64,000 nucleotides of DNA from positions 1-64,000 of the forward strand of contig JAAILG010001060.1 in assembly GCA_012026655.1 (NCBI GenBank), in the 5' to 3' direction. Every line of letters begins with the position of its first letter. Positions within the stretch are counted from its first letter, which is position 1. The notes under the pieces were generated by a model. It ran no database searches. It saw nothing but the letters and a program-made list of their open reading frames with translations, and was not told where the DNA came from. Both the position numbers and the translations under genes were made by a program. Source of the stretch: Hydrolagus affinis (Eukaryota). Below, piece by piece: positions 13,061 through 25,640 of this stretch.

Positions 13061-14737
13061 ATTTTAATAAGGTGTTTTCAAAGTGTGGAGAAAGGAAAGA
13101 CTATAATAAACAAGGTTCGAAGATAGAGATTTTGTGCTGGAAAATGTAATCCCCCGAGCTCACCCTTCACATCATGCTTCGAGTGACAACATTAATTAAA
13201 ATAATCATTTGAGATATTGACAATAAAAGCAGTCTTATTAATTATGACCAAATAGATTAGTCAGTATGATTCAAATTAAACAACACTAGTGAGAAGTACA
13301 GGGGAGGGGGAAGAAAAATCACCTTGCAATCTCTTTATTTGAAACCCGATAAACTACTAGCAATTACACACTATTTATATTCATTGTCCATCTGCGTTCA
13401 TATGCTAAATTGCTTACATCATTTTGTTTGGGCAGAAAAGGAAAGCACAAAGAGACACTAACAATCCAAGCCTTCTTACAAGTGCAATTCTCCAGAGTGT
13501 AATAGAACCCAAGATACCCCCAGCCCACAGTTAATGAGGCTTAACCTCACACCCTCCTAAGACAATTTAATTGCTTGTGCATTTAGACAAGGCAAAGGCA
13601 CCACATACCACTCTATTCTGTTTCACAATGAAGGAGAAAAGGCTTATATAATGTAGCAGCTAAACTTCCATCGCTGCCTTATTATCGGTTAGGGTAATCC
13701 ATACTTCATAAGCAGGACTACCTGAGAAAAGTACTTTGATCCTCACAATTTGGCCCATTAATATAATGAGTAACTAACTGCTACCTTATTCAGAGAACAA
13801 GTGCAATAGGCCCAGGCCATGATTCACAAAACTGTCATTTAGAATCTGAGGAAAATTTTCTAATCAGAAGTGTCCAGTTAGTGATATGATAATCTTAACA
13901 TCAATTTACATCAAATGCAAAGATTATTATTATTATTCACAGATATTATTTTATGCAAGGTATACAACAAGAACAATACATTGTACAGCGCCTTTCACGT
14001 ACTTTGGGAGGACGTCCTAAGGTTGCTTACGTCAATGTGGGCTCGAATAGGTGCACACTACCTGTAGTTGTACTTTTTTTTATAGTATTATCACCAGAGA
14101 TACCAAGTCAGTGGCTGCAAAAGCTGAAGTGATGAGATACAAGATTTGTAATGATTTGTGTGACACTGAACCTGAAGTTACAACAAGATCATCTGGCAAA
14201 ATCTGTCGCATTAGTATTATCAACGGGTTTAAAGCTATTCCGTGTCATCTACACACGAGTTAAAATAATCGGGGGCGGTTGCATCAAGTAGTAAATCCAA
14301 TTGTGAGCACCCAACCACCTTGATATGATGTGATCTGGAAAACTATATTTACCCTATCTACCCTATTACAGGGGTATCCATTTCAAAAATATATATATTA
14401 TTTGCATTAATCGCAAATCACTATGCATGTTTTACATGCTCTAAACAAATGACAGAAAAATTGCTGTGTGTACCATGGTTTGAAGCGCTCTGAGATGCCA
14501 TCTGGCATGGAGGGCACTATATAAATCTAAGTTGTTGTTGTTGTTGTTGTTGGATAATTGATCAGGCTGTCAACATTATGTTGTGGAACGGCAAAAATCG
14601 CTTAAAACATTACAATATACTGATGTTACAATGTGACAGAACAGTTCATCTGGTCTTTTTGCCGTGATAAACAGCCTTTGACTCCAATTATTTTGACACT
14701 TTTATTGCTATTAAAGTATCATCGAGCTTTCTTTTAA

Positions 14738-15053
14738 AATAATAATAACAATCCTTGCATTTGACATAGGGCTTTTCACGTCTTCTGGACGTCTCAAAGC
14801 GCTTCACAGAATATATTGTAAAGTGAATTGACTATATTTGTGAGCGAAACGCGGCAACTAATTGCGCACAGCAGCTTCCCCCACACAAACAGTCGTGGAT
14901 TGAAAATGACCAAAAGTATTATTGTTTTCTTTGAGGGATTATTATCAGGGGTGTGGAATAAGGAAACTTGCCCAAGGTTTCACCCTGCATGGAATCGAAC
15001 CCAGGTCTCTCGCTTGTAAGGCGAGTGCGCTAACCACTGAGCTACAGAACTCC
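14738..15053 (-). mobile_element. Full-length copy of the dominant SINE
   Basis: A box 15034-15044, B box GGGTTCGATTCC 14991-15002, same core and tail. Confidence 0.9.
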
Positions 15054-15348
15054 GAATGTAGGCTTTTGAGTATTTAGTATTTAGCAATGGCATGATACGC
15101 CACCTCTTGTGTTAGCAATAAAAGGGCAAAAAAAGGCTATCTAAATCAAAAACACCGGCCAAATGAATCTTCACACTTCACACACTCTTTGGGTAGAGAA
15201 ACAACCGTATGCCCTTTTGTGAGGATGACAAATTTCACTGTGAAGGCTGCCAGACGATTGTAATGAGCGCCATTTGTAGAAAGTGAACAACAACACATTG
15301 TATGGCAGTAAAATAATTTCCCACGGAATCCACCTGCCCAGTCTGTAC

Positions 15349-15470
15349 CTGTGTTATTTCCTCTGGGTGATCTCTGGCAGACGCTATGTAGAGAGAGTGG
15401 CCGCACACAACCCCTTCTGCTAAAAAATACTTCAGCAACATCCACGAGTAGCTCTCGTACTTATCCTCCT
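15349..15470 (-). CDS. ELP4: ELP4 coding exon 3 (122 nt; EEDKYESYSWMLLKYFLAEGVVCGHSLYIASARDHPEEITQ)
   Basis: Acceptor ATTTCCGCAG, donor CAG|GTACAG. Conserved KYFLAEG motif; lies within ORF 15235..15573(-). Confidence 0.97.
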
Positions 15471-16669
15471 CTGCGGAAATACAATCACAAACAGCGGCTC
15501 TCAAGTAAGTACCTCGAAGAATTATCATCGGATAAGAATGCCATGAATATTGCAGAACAAAACACTCATGCAATTCCTGGGTAGACTATTCCCAACTTGG
15601 GAGTTACTGTTTAATAGCCTTTGTTCTAATTTTATTTACCCATAACATAAAAAAACACACACACAATGATGAGATACATCATATGATTTATATACTACAG
15701 TACTTAAAGCACTCTCCATAAATCCCTTGCACACGCTGAATTATTAGGACAGTAAATTCATGGATATAAAATTGGATGCCACGCTCATTATTGCACACAT
15801 CAGTGTTTAATTTCCCCATCTGCAACAAATTCCCTCAATCCTTTAAAATTAGGTTCATTAGGTTCATTTTCTCCTGCCTCTTGCAACAAATAACTACATA
15901 GAAATTCAGAGAGCCAAACATTTTACTGTTGGGTTAATGGAATGCAGAGAGAATGAAGAGAAAAAAAAACACCTAATTGATGATATTCGTGGAAATAAAC
16001 CCCAAAACGTGTCCCCCCCTCCCACCAACCCCCCCCCACCCCCACACCTCCTCCGAGAAACTGACAGAACACGGCTTTCTGTGTTGAAAAGGTTAACAAT
16101 CAACTCAGAAAATCTTAAGCACCCAAAAAAAATCGCAAAAACACACTGACAATATTTTTGATGACTGTCAGCTGCTTCTGTAAAGAAGCTGACAGCTCTA
16201 CAATTTGTCATTTTTTGAATTGTCTATTGGTAATTGAATTTAAAAAAGGTTTAATGACCTAGAAATCAGAGGACCAAGTGAGCCCCCAGATGTTATTCTT
16301 CCAGGCCTTTTGATTGTATCAAAGTTAACAATAGCAAATCACAACTGAAAGCCACTACAAGAGTCTGACACATTTTTAGGTTAGAGGCCACTACTGTAGA
16401 GCCTTTCCTCAGGCAGACTAGCACTGGTGATATTCCTTTCAACGAAACAAGAGTTGCTTTTAAAGAGTCAATGGCTGTCTTGAACAATTTCTACTGAACT
16501 GTATGAGTTATGAGCACTTAATGCAATGTACGGGGGTGGGGGGGGGCACGAGGGCGAGGGGGTGGGAGAACAGGGTAAAGGCTCAACAGGAGGAATTTCA
16601 TTGAAACGCAGTAATGACCATTTGCTTAATTCTGTCTAACATTTGCTGGTTGTTGTCAAGTTGATGTCT

Positions 16670-16990
16670 TTAGCTGGGACTGGTGAAGCTACAGCCACAT
16701 TGTCATACCATCCAGGAAATTCCCAAGATTTGATCCCTGCTCTGTACTGAGCTCATTTATATCAGTCAGTCGGGTGGCAATCAGTAACACTACAAGTGGT
16801 ATGAACTCGACTGAGCTAAGTATAGGGAAATAAAACAGACTCCAGTGAGTCCTGCTGGAAAGTACTGTATGTTTGGTGAGATGAGGACCAGGCTTGTCTA
16901 CCCCATTGCCCTCTCCCCTGTGTCACAACCCACTGACACTTCCTCGGGTCAAACTTGAATCACTTGCGGAAACTGATCCCAATACAGGAT
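16670..16990 (+). mobile_element. Ancient, highly diverged SINE-like family; probable relatives at ~3080-3350(+), ~21100-21350(+), ~29330-29630(-), ~38420-38720(-), ~48930-49060(+) and ~54060-54260(-)
   Basis: Recurring blocks TCCAGTGAnnCCTGCTGGAAA, GCTCCTGATC, GGCT(A/C)ACACATGAAGAA and CTACAA(G/T)TGG across these loci. I did not assign a family name. Confidence 0.5.
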
Positions 16991-18473
16991 TATTACATTA
17001 AAAATACCCACTATATTAAATCTACTGACCTATTGTTCTTCCGCAAATGGGAGAATCAACAATACATCCCTAAAAACTGGCCTGAGATCATTATTCCATT
17101 CATTCCAGTGAAGACTTCTCACTAGCAAATAAATATTTGCCTCTGATATTTATGATAGTCAATCAGCTTAAAGGGAATATCTAAGAAAACGAGACAGGTT
17201 TTAGATTTTCTTCAGGCAATTAACTAAAGGAAAAGGTTAAAAGACATGCTGCCAAACAGGTGTGAAAGGATTAAAGGATTAGCTGAAGGGTCAGAGCTAC
17301 TTAAGAGCAATTTATTCATGGAGCTAATGACAAGGGCATCTCAACACAAACTAGCAACAAACAATTAACCATAGGTATGTTTGTGTGTTAAATACCATGG
17401 TGTGGTGTACCTAGAAATCAGGCCATTAGACTTGGAAATGGATAGTCATGGACTGCAATGCCACTGTACACTGCTCATAGTGATTGTTTCCAAATTGTTT
17501 TCACATCATTATACTTGCTGAAAACTCACATATGAATTCCCTTGCGGGGGAAAAAAAAGTTAATGCTTCTATTCTGTTGACGGTAATTGAACAGAATTAG
17601 AGGATGCATACTCTTGCCTGACTTGCCCAGCATAATTTTAATCTCAGCCCTGGTTATTGGGATAAACAATGATTTAAAAACACAAAACAATTTACCGGTG
17701 GGCTGGAAAATAAATTGACCCATTAGTGCAAGAAGTCAGCATGAGCCAACCTGATGTACCTTTTAGCAGACCCTCCAGAGTAGGTCTGGTGGAAGAACAG
17801 CTGTCCACCATATTAAAAATAAATTATAAACAAATATTGTAGTACTCTGGAGATCTGTAAATGCAATTTATTGACCCAATCATATGCCGCGGTAACTTTG
17901 GCTCACGCACATATCAAGGTTTCCACTGACTACCCAAGTTCTGAACAATTATTCACACACATCTGTAAGCAGCCAACCGGAGGGGGGGTGGGGGGGGGGT
18001 TGGCGTTTCAGAGGGAACGATACGCGCCTAATGATGCAGTAACATGTGCTTGTAAACAGCAAACAGGAGTGATACAGTCCAGCAACCAAGGAAGCCAACA
18101 AGTGAAAGTGAGATGTGGCAGCGCGTGGAAATACTGCACAAGTCTGGAACAATGTGGTTACTGCATTGAATAATAATTTGGCCTTGACAAGGGGCAAAAT
18201 GAACAAAGTCAGTTGGATTGTTGGGAGTGGTGGCTCTCGGCTTGGTGGTAATAACTGAAATAAAGTTAGAAAAATGGAGGCTATTCAATGAAGCAACTTT
18301 TAATTATTATTATTATTATTATGCTGATAATTTCATTGCATTATGATTTGCTCATTTCCATTGAGGGGTTGTCTTAAAAGCTTATAAAACACTTATGCGA
18401 AAAGCAGTAAAACAACACTTCACCATCTGTGTGGTAGACCATGATAGGTCCACAAAAGTTAAACGCGACATTT

Positions 18474-18798
18474 AATAATAATAATCATAATCCTTGCATT
18501 TTGATATAACACTTTTCACGTCTTCTAGACGTCTCAAAGCACTTCACGGAATAGACTGTAAAGTGAATTGACTGTATAATTGTGGGCGAAATGCGGCAGC
18601 CAAAATTGCGCACAGCAGCGTCCCCACAAATAGTCGTGGATTGAATTGACCAATTTATTATTGTTTTTTTTCGAGGGATTATTATTAGGAGCGTGGAATA
18701 AGGAAAAAATGCCCAGGTTTCGCCCTGACCTGCCTGGAATCAAAACCAGGTTTCTCACTTGCAAGGCGAGTGCTCTAACCACTGAGCTACAGGACTCC
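18474..18798 (-). mobile_element. Full-length copy of the dominant SINE
   Basis: Head, core and (TTA)n tail align by eye with the 871-1209 and 14738-15053 copies. Confidence 0.9.
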
Positions 18799-20279
18799 AC
18801 TTATTTATCAGATGTGGCAAAACATTTCTAACCTCCAGACAGTGTGTAGTCCAAATCGTGGAGCACATTAGTAGGAACTTGACAAGTTACTTACTGTGTG
18901 TGGCTGTCCCTGTAAGGCAAACAAGAATTATTGTAGAATGTGACATTACACTTTTTGACTAATTGCAACAAATGAGCCATTTTTGGTGTTTCATGTCTAC
19001 AAGTGTAATCCTGTCTTTTTTTCAGAAGAGAGAGAGAGAGCGAGAGAGACAAGTTGCAGCATTTTATTCAACTGCTCCGAGCTTTCACCAGCATTCCAAA
19101 AGTGCTTACGGCCACCTAACCTTTGAGCTGAGGTCTGCCGAGTTTTAGCTAAAGTTGAATATTGCTATTTTTGGAAATAAAGGAAGAGTGCCTTTCAGCG
19201 GAAATTAGAACAGTCCTATTAGTTACAAAAGTAAGGTTATCTCAAAGAGAGAAACATGGATGGTGAACTGAAAGGCTTTTTTTAATATAAAAAAGAAAAT
19301 AAATTACTCACTGGCACTTCCAAACATTACCATGTGTCGCTATTTCAAGAGACGAACACACATTAACTGAATGTAAATAACACCCAAATCCACTATCATT
19401 GGGTTCAATTAACCAGTTCAAATGCGTGTGAAGGTGGCGAAATCATTACTTCTTAAAAGGAAATAATCAAGAAATAATGGTTGATGAAAGAAAGCTTGCG
19501 CGGTTAATGACATCAATTTAACATTATGGAACATTAGCTACATTGTGTTTCCAGATCCCTGCGCAACACACCTGAGGTCTAACACAATCCAGGGCTGTGC
19601 CCAAGTTCAGTCACATAACATGGATGGAGTACTCTCCTTTCACTTCATTTCTTTAAACATGAGCGTTTGTTTGGCTGATCCGTTTCCAGTGCTGTGATTC
19701 AATCAAACAATGTGTTGGGCCCACTTTTAGATGCCTGCACCCTAACAGTTACGAGCTCGTTCCCTAAAGCCAGAGAATAAATTGTTTCCAGCACATTAGC
19801 TTAACTTCTGCTCCGCGTACTGCTCATAAAAGAGCATTGCACAAAGCGCGGTTTCTCTGAAACAAAATGTAAATCGTGCACATGTTAAATTCAGTATCAA
19901 GGGGGCCAGTGTTTGGTGTACCAAAGTCAAAGAAACCACTTGGCAACATTCACGCAACCTAACCTTGGAATCTTGTAACATAACCACTTTCGCCCACAAA
20001 TGTACAGTCAATTCACTTTGCGGTACATTCTGACGTCGATAAGATGTGAAAAGGGCTATACCAAATGCAAGGATTATTATTATTTCTTCATTTTCTACAA
20101 TTCTATTTTCTTCCAAGGCTGTGCATTCTGCTGTAACACACTTTTAGGGCCGAGGAGAATGCAAGCAGTGTTCTACACATACAATATGTCTTTGGTAACA
20201 AACCATGAACATAACTCATTGAAGTGAGTCTGCTCTGGGCCAGGACGTGCAGAGAAGTTCCACGCCATGATTCACAAAA

Positions 20280-20527
20280 CTTTGGGTTCAATTCCAGGCA
20301 TGGTGAAACAATGGGCAAGTTTCCTGACTCCACACGGCAGATAATAATCCCTCAAAAATATAATAAATTGGTAATTGCAATCCACAACTGTTTGTGGGAC
20401 ACTGCTGTGCGCGATTGGCTGCCGCGCTTTGCCCACATATGTACAGTCAATTCGCTTTATGGTGTATTCTGTGAAGCACTTTGAGAGACGTCTCGAAGAG
20501 ATGAAAAGCGCTATATGAAATGCAAGT
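20280..20527 (+). mobile_element. Near-full-length dominant SINE (a 3' fragment also lies at ~19985-20082)
   Basis: GGGTTCAATTCCAGG B box through the AAATGCAAG tail. Confidence 0.85.
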
Positions 20528-22998
20528 TTGGGCTTGATCCTCGATTTATCCATTGTGATAATTTCAGAAAACGTCCATTTCAAAAAACACATGTAGAATT
20601 CTGATTTTATGTAAGTTTTTCCGAATATTACAATCTGGATTTATTCCAGTTTATGGATACAGGCATTCTCTGGAGTATTTTAATACTGAAGCAAACTAAC
20701 AGTTTAATAACACTCCAATTCATCATTGGTTGATTGAATTAACCAGTTAATGCATTTGGAAATTTAAGGATCAGCAATTCCTCCTCAGAAATCAATCTGA
20801 GCAATGGCGGAATTGATTGAAGAGAAAATTTGTTTTGTGAATAGGTGAACATCGCACTGCCTGACCTTCTGTAATACACCTGAGCTCTTAACACATTTGA
20901 ATAACAACACAACAATAACCTGAGGTAATTTAGGGGTCAACTCATCAATTTTGTAAGATTATTCTGGACAAGAGGAAAAGCTCTATGGATCATTTGATAT
21001 GGCTGACCCATTTTCAGAATTTCACATAGAGGAGGAAATCATAAGAGTGAACTTGTTATGACTCTTACTCATTTACTGTAATGGTCGGGGGGGTGGGGGG
21101 GGGTGATGAACAGAAATCAGTCAATGTTCCCAATCAGTTCTCCTGAGTGCTTATTGCTAGCCAGAAACTTACTGCCGGATGGTGTGTTCGAGTTGACATT
21201 GGGTTGTGAGTGAATTGGGTTTGGTTGTTGGGTACCCAGTCAAATAGACTGCCTTATCTCACCGTTCAAGCTCACAATAACCACTTTGGCAGGCTACCAG
21301 AAAGCAGTCAGTGGCTGCTAAGCCATGCCAGAGCAAAAGGAAAAATTAGCTAATTGTCTTTAAGGTATGAGGGGAAGGGAGTGAAGTAGAGATAAAACGC
21401 CACGACAAATAGAACCATGTACAATTTTACCTTTGGTCAGACAGGTTCAAATAAAACAAAATACCATTAATGTGATTGAGCAATTTCACATGCCAGTGAT
21501 GCGACAATGCGTGGCAGCGAAATTAAAAGCATTGCATAGCAAAATAATCACTCAAGTTGTGGTCAGAGCTACCAGGCGTGTTTTCAAACGTTAAGATTCA
21601 ATCATCCATGGAATCGATGTATTATCAAATCATTCAAGGTATGCTTTGGAAATCCATGTGAAAACAACATAGTAGTGGCACTCATGGACAATCAACTTGC
21701 AATAAAATAACTTGCAAAATCTGCTATCCCAAGACAGTAGTATTTGAACTGTCTAAACTGTTTCCTACAAGCAATCACAACAACAACAAAATTACACTGA
21801 CGTAATGCCTTTCACATTGAAAATTATTTATGGTTATTTTTCAATTGAAACTGACGCGGTCAGATAAAAGGAGATCAAATGCCTTTGATAAAAATGACAT
21901 TTCAAAGAAAAATTATTTTAATAGAGAGAGCTACAAAAAAATCTGTATTTTCTGCTATACAAGCAAACATCATATCACTTTTAATACTGGAATTACTGTA
22001 GCACGCCTTGAGGCACTTTTTAATGGCAATTTTACTGTAATTTGATGCTACATGGCAAAATTAGATACATCTATTGAAAATAACTTAATCTGATCTGTTT
22101 AAATAAAATACTATGAACATGTGTCACAATATATATGCTTCCAGAGTACATGTTTGTCTGCTTAGAATACTGATTTGTGTTGTTGTAATGTGTGTTTTTA
22201 AATGAACAAGATTTCTTATGGTGTGGAAAAAATAGTTTTAATTTTGAAATTTGCCAACTTCAATGCAAAGTCATACAGATTACACAGAGTTTATGCTTCA
22301 ACAAATGTGTATGAAATATGTACTTTAACCAAAATTCATCTGATTCAAGAGTACTCTTTCAAAACTAATGCGCTCATCCAATTTTATTCATCTTATTATT
22401 GGGTACAGAAAATTCATACTTTGTGAATCTGGATGATAATAAAGGTGTTCCACAATCAAGCCTCGTACTAAAGCAGATAGAGGATGAGAAGATAATATGC
22501 TGCTACAATACACTTCAATTAAATTGGATTTCATATTATCCCACTGGTAAACAGATTTTGTAAGTAGGATAGGATTCCACATACATCTTGGTCTATTCCA
22601 GTTAAGAAGACATGGAGACTTAGTCCTGAATTCGGGAAGAATTAGTTTCTATGATATCATATTTTTATGTTTTAGAAATGGCTGTTGTAAGATTATGATA
22701 ACGTGTTAAGGTTGTGATCCGATATTACAACCAGCAAAACAGTTGATTCAACAGTTTATGCAATATGTGTCGCCACCAGAAAATGAACACACTCAGGAAG
22801 ATAAAAATACTGATGTGAAAAGGAATGTGCCTGCTAATTCAGAATCACCATCCTACACAAAACCACCACCTCCATTTCTACACCATGAAGCATATTGCCA
22901 GATTTCACATGATAGACAATAATTATTTGAACAAGTGGTTAAATAAAACCTCCACTTATAACTGAAAGACCGGCGAGTTACAAAAACATTTCACTTAC

Positions 22999-23034
22999 CA
23001 ATGAGCAGAAGAGTTCCAACCGCCAGGCCCCCTC
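22999..23034 (-). CDS. ELP4: ELP4 coding exon 2 (36 nt; GGGLAVGTLLLI-E)
   Basis: Acceptor TTTCTGTTTCAG, donor TTG|GTAAGT, phase 1/1. Matches the ELP4 motif GGGLAVGTVLLIEED. Confidence 0.96.
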
Positions 23035-23800
23035 CTGAAACAGAAATTTGTGATTAGCATTTCTGTTTATGTATTTAATAGATCTCACATTAGAACTAGT
23101 GAACATTTTTGACTGGATTCTTATCAAAGAATTCTAAGTTTCACCAATTTTAATCTACATTGTGCACACGTAATTTCAGAACAAATAATATATTTCATTA
23201 TACTGTATATTAAAATATATCAAGTATATAATTACTGAATATTTAAAGGCGATTTATAATGTTATGCACTAGCTTACATAATTGAGGACTAATAAAAAAA
23301 TATACATTTTAATCTTTGAAAAAAGAATCTATTGCCAACTTTGTTATACATGCTGGTGTACCAGAATATTGGCAAGTTAACACAAGAGAATACGAACATC
23401 AATGTCATTAATTCCAATTGTAGATGGCATCTAATATATTTCTGCAATACTAAATCACTTTTGATCAATGTAGTGTGCATATCCCACTTTAAGAAGAAGG
23501 ATTTTACTCACTTAGTCAAGGTCACCAATAAAACCCTAAAACTATTTTTTAAAAACAGATTCCTTTCAATACCTGGTATGCTTTATCGTAACGTTTATAT
23601 TCAAAGTCATACAAATTAACAAAGCCCAAATGTATATTATTTGTACATCTGTTTCAACAAAAGATACAACTTGCTGGATTTATATAGCACCCTTCAAGTG
23701 AGGTAGCGTCTCGGAGCACTTAGATTTTTCACGAACAAAATCTAAACATCCAGAAACACAACTTTAGAGGTTGCACAATTGTTATTGTTAGAATAACAAC

Positions 23801-24080
23801 AGAACTCAGTGGTTAGAGCTCTCGTCTCGCAAGCAAGAGACCTGGATTCAATTCCCGGTAGGATGAAACCTTGGGTAAGTTTCCTTACACCACATGCCAG
23901 ATAATAATCCCTCAAGAAAAAAAAACAATAATAATTTGGCCACTCAATCCACGACTGTTTTCGCCCACAAATATACAATTAATTCACTTTGCGGTATATT
24001 CTGTGAATCGTTTTGAGACGTCTGGAAGACGTGAGAAGCGCTGTATTAAAATGCAAGGATTATTGTTATTGTTATTGTTA
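23801..24080 (+). mobile_element. Dominant SINE copy with an internal deletion
   Basis: CTCAGTGGTTAGAGC head through the AAATGCAAGGATTATTG tail. Confidence 0.85.
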
Positions 24081-24529
24081 TGACAAGCGTTAGAACAATA
24101 ACAATTGTATCAGAAGCACACAAGGATGTCTCCACTTCTTCCAAATCACAGACTCGGAATGTAACATCAAACAGATGGTTTATTTCCTCCTCTAAGTTTC
24201 CAGTTTTGAAACAACAACATAGTACAAGACACATCGGGATACATTTTAAACCAGTGTTCAATTAACCCCACGGGGATGGGCTGTGATTCACCCGTTCAAG
24301 ATTCATTTTTTTCTGTGCATGTCGAATCAGCGTATAACCACATCACTTTGGCTTCGTTAAATTTTTAATTACGGTGAGAAACTTATTAATAATCAGGACA
24401 GTAGAGTCAGATGGTTCTGTGGAACATAATTTTTTTTTTGGGGGGGCTGATCGGCTGCCTGTTCGAAGTGGAAATAAACGTGCTGCCGATTTGCCCACGC
24501 AAAACTACTGCAAGTCGAAGGGCGATATA

Positions 24530-24735
24530 ATAATCTTTGCATTAGGTTCAGCGCCTTGTCAAAGCCCCTCACAGAGTATACTGTCGAGTGAATCGACTGT
24601 GTGTATATTTGTGGGCGAAACGCGGCAGCCAATTGCGCACAGCACCGTCCACCCCCCCCCCACACACACACACACACACACAACAGTCGTGGGTTGAAAT
24701 GAACCAATTTTATTATTATTTTTGAGGGATTGTTA
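24530..24735 (-). mobile_element. Partial dominant SINE with an internal (CA)n
   Basis: GTGGGCGAAACGCGGCAGCCAATTGCGCACAGC core. Confidence 0.8.
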
Positions 24736-24779
24736 TCCATTGTTTTGGATGAATGCAAAGCTATGGTATTGTTATGGCA

Positions 24780-25640
24780 ACGGTGAGGTTGGTGGTGGGA
24801 GGGGGGGGGGGGGATGGTCCGGCCCGACTCAAGACTCGGGAGCGAGAAACGGACTGACCTAAGGTGTAATCGAGGGACGGCACTCCCGTTGAGACGAGCA
24901 GTTGCCCGTTGTGGACTGAGGCACGAGTCCCGGGCAAAACATTAACAGCAGAGGCCCCGCCGCCTGTTTTGCTCCGGCTTCTGCGTTGGAAACTCGTGAC
25001 TGTGGGCGCCGCCATCTTGGTGGTGGTGGGGGGGCGGGGGGTGGGGCGGAGGTGGGTGGATCGCAGCGACGGCGCCCGCTTGCCTGGCGGTGCATTGTGG
25101 GAGAAGGCACGGGAGCAGCCAATCGGAAGGGCCCTTACAAAAGTGCGAGCCTGGGTGAGAGGCGGGCCGTGGATGGAAGGCGCCTGGTGATTGGATGCCG
25201 CGCCGGTTGGGCGGGAAGCAGCTGCCGGGCTGTCAGAGCGAGAGCAGCTGTCGTCCGTTTGTCAGTCAGTCTGACAGGATTTGCCCTCTCGTTCCCCCCC
25301 CCCCCCCCCACTTACCTTTCCCTCCATCGTTCAAAGGAGACGAAGGTACAAACAAACCGCAGAGTCGTCTCCCGAGTGACGTCCTTGTTTACAAGGCATC
25401 GATATAGATAGATATGATTTATATTTTGAATCGTTTTAAATTCTCGAGGAGAGTGTGAGAGAGAAGGACGAAGGGCTTCTGGCTTCGGGGCCTGCTCGCT
25501 CTCCCCCCTCGCCTGCCCGCTCTCCCACCCCGCCGCTGCAGGGTTTGCTTGTACACAAGACGAGCCGAGCCGACCTGACCTGACCCAGTGTTGAACGCGG
25601 CGACTTGTCTCGCACACACGCGCACACACACAGTGAGAGA
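24780..25640. promoter_or_regulatory. CpG-island bidirectional promoter shared by ELP4 (-) and IMMP1L (+); contains the IMMP1L non-coding first exon (boundaries not resolved)
   Basis: Strong GC/CpG enrichment against an AT-rich background. ZNF143/Staf-like TCTCCCACAATGCA (minus, 25091-25104), CCAAT at 25119-25123, inverted CCAAT (ATTGG) at 25190-25194, CGGAAG ETS core at 25124-25129, GGGGCGG boxes near 25031-25050, YY1 motif CAAGATGGCGGC over the ELP4 ATG. The head-to-head ELP4/IMMP1L layout is known in human. Confidence 0.9.
24859..25015 (-). CDS. ELP4: Elongator complex protein 4, coding exon 1 (MAAPTVTSFQRRSRSKTGGGASAVNVLPGTRASVHNGQLLVSTGVPSLDYTL-G)
   Basis: ATG at 25015-25013 in context CAAG-ATG-GCG. 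The peptide matches the vertebrate ELP4 N-terminus (TSFQRR...GTRxSVxNGQLLVSTG). Phase-1 donor TAG|GTCAGT at 24858; 157 nt. Confidence 0.96.

Noticed and set aside
15095-15113. CTCF-like CGCCACCTCTTGTG
   Set aside because: Mismatches in the 3' half of the core; cannot be supported without a PWM score or ChIP data.
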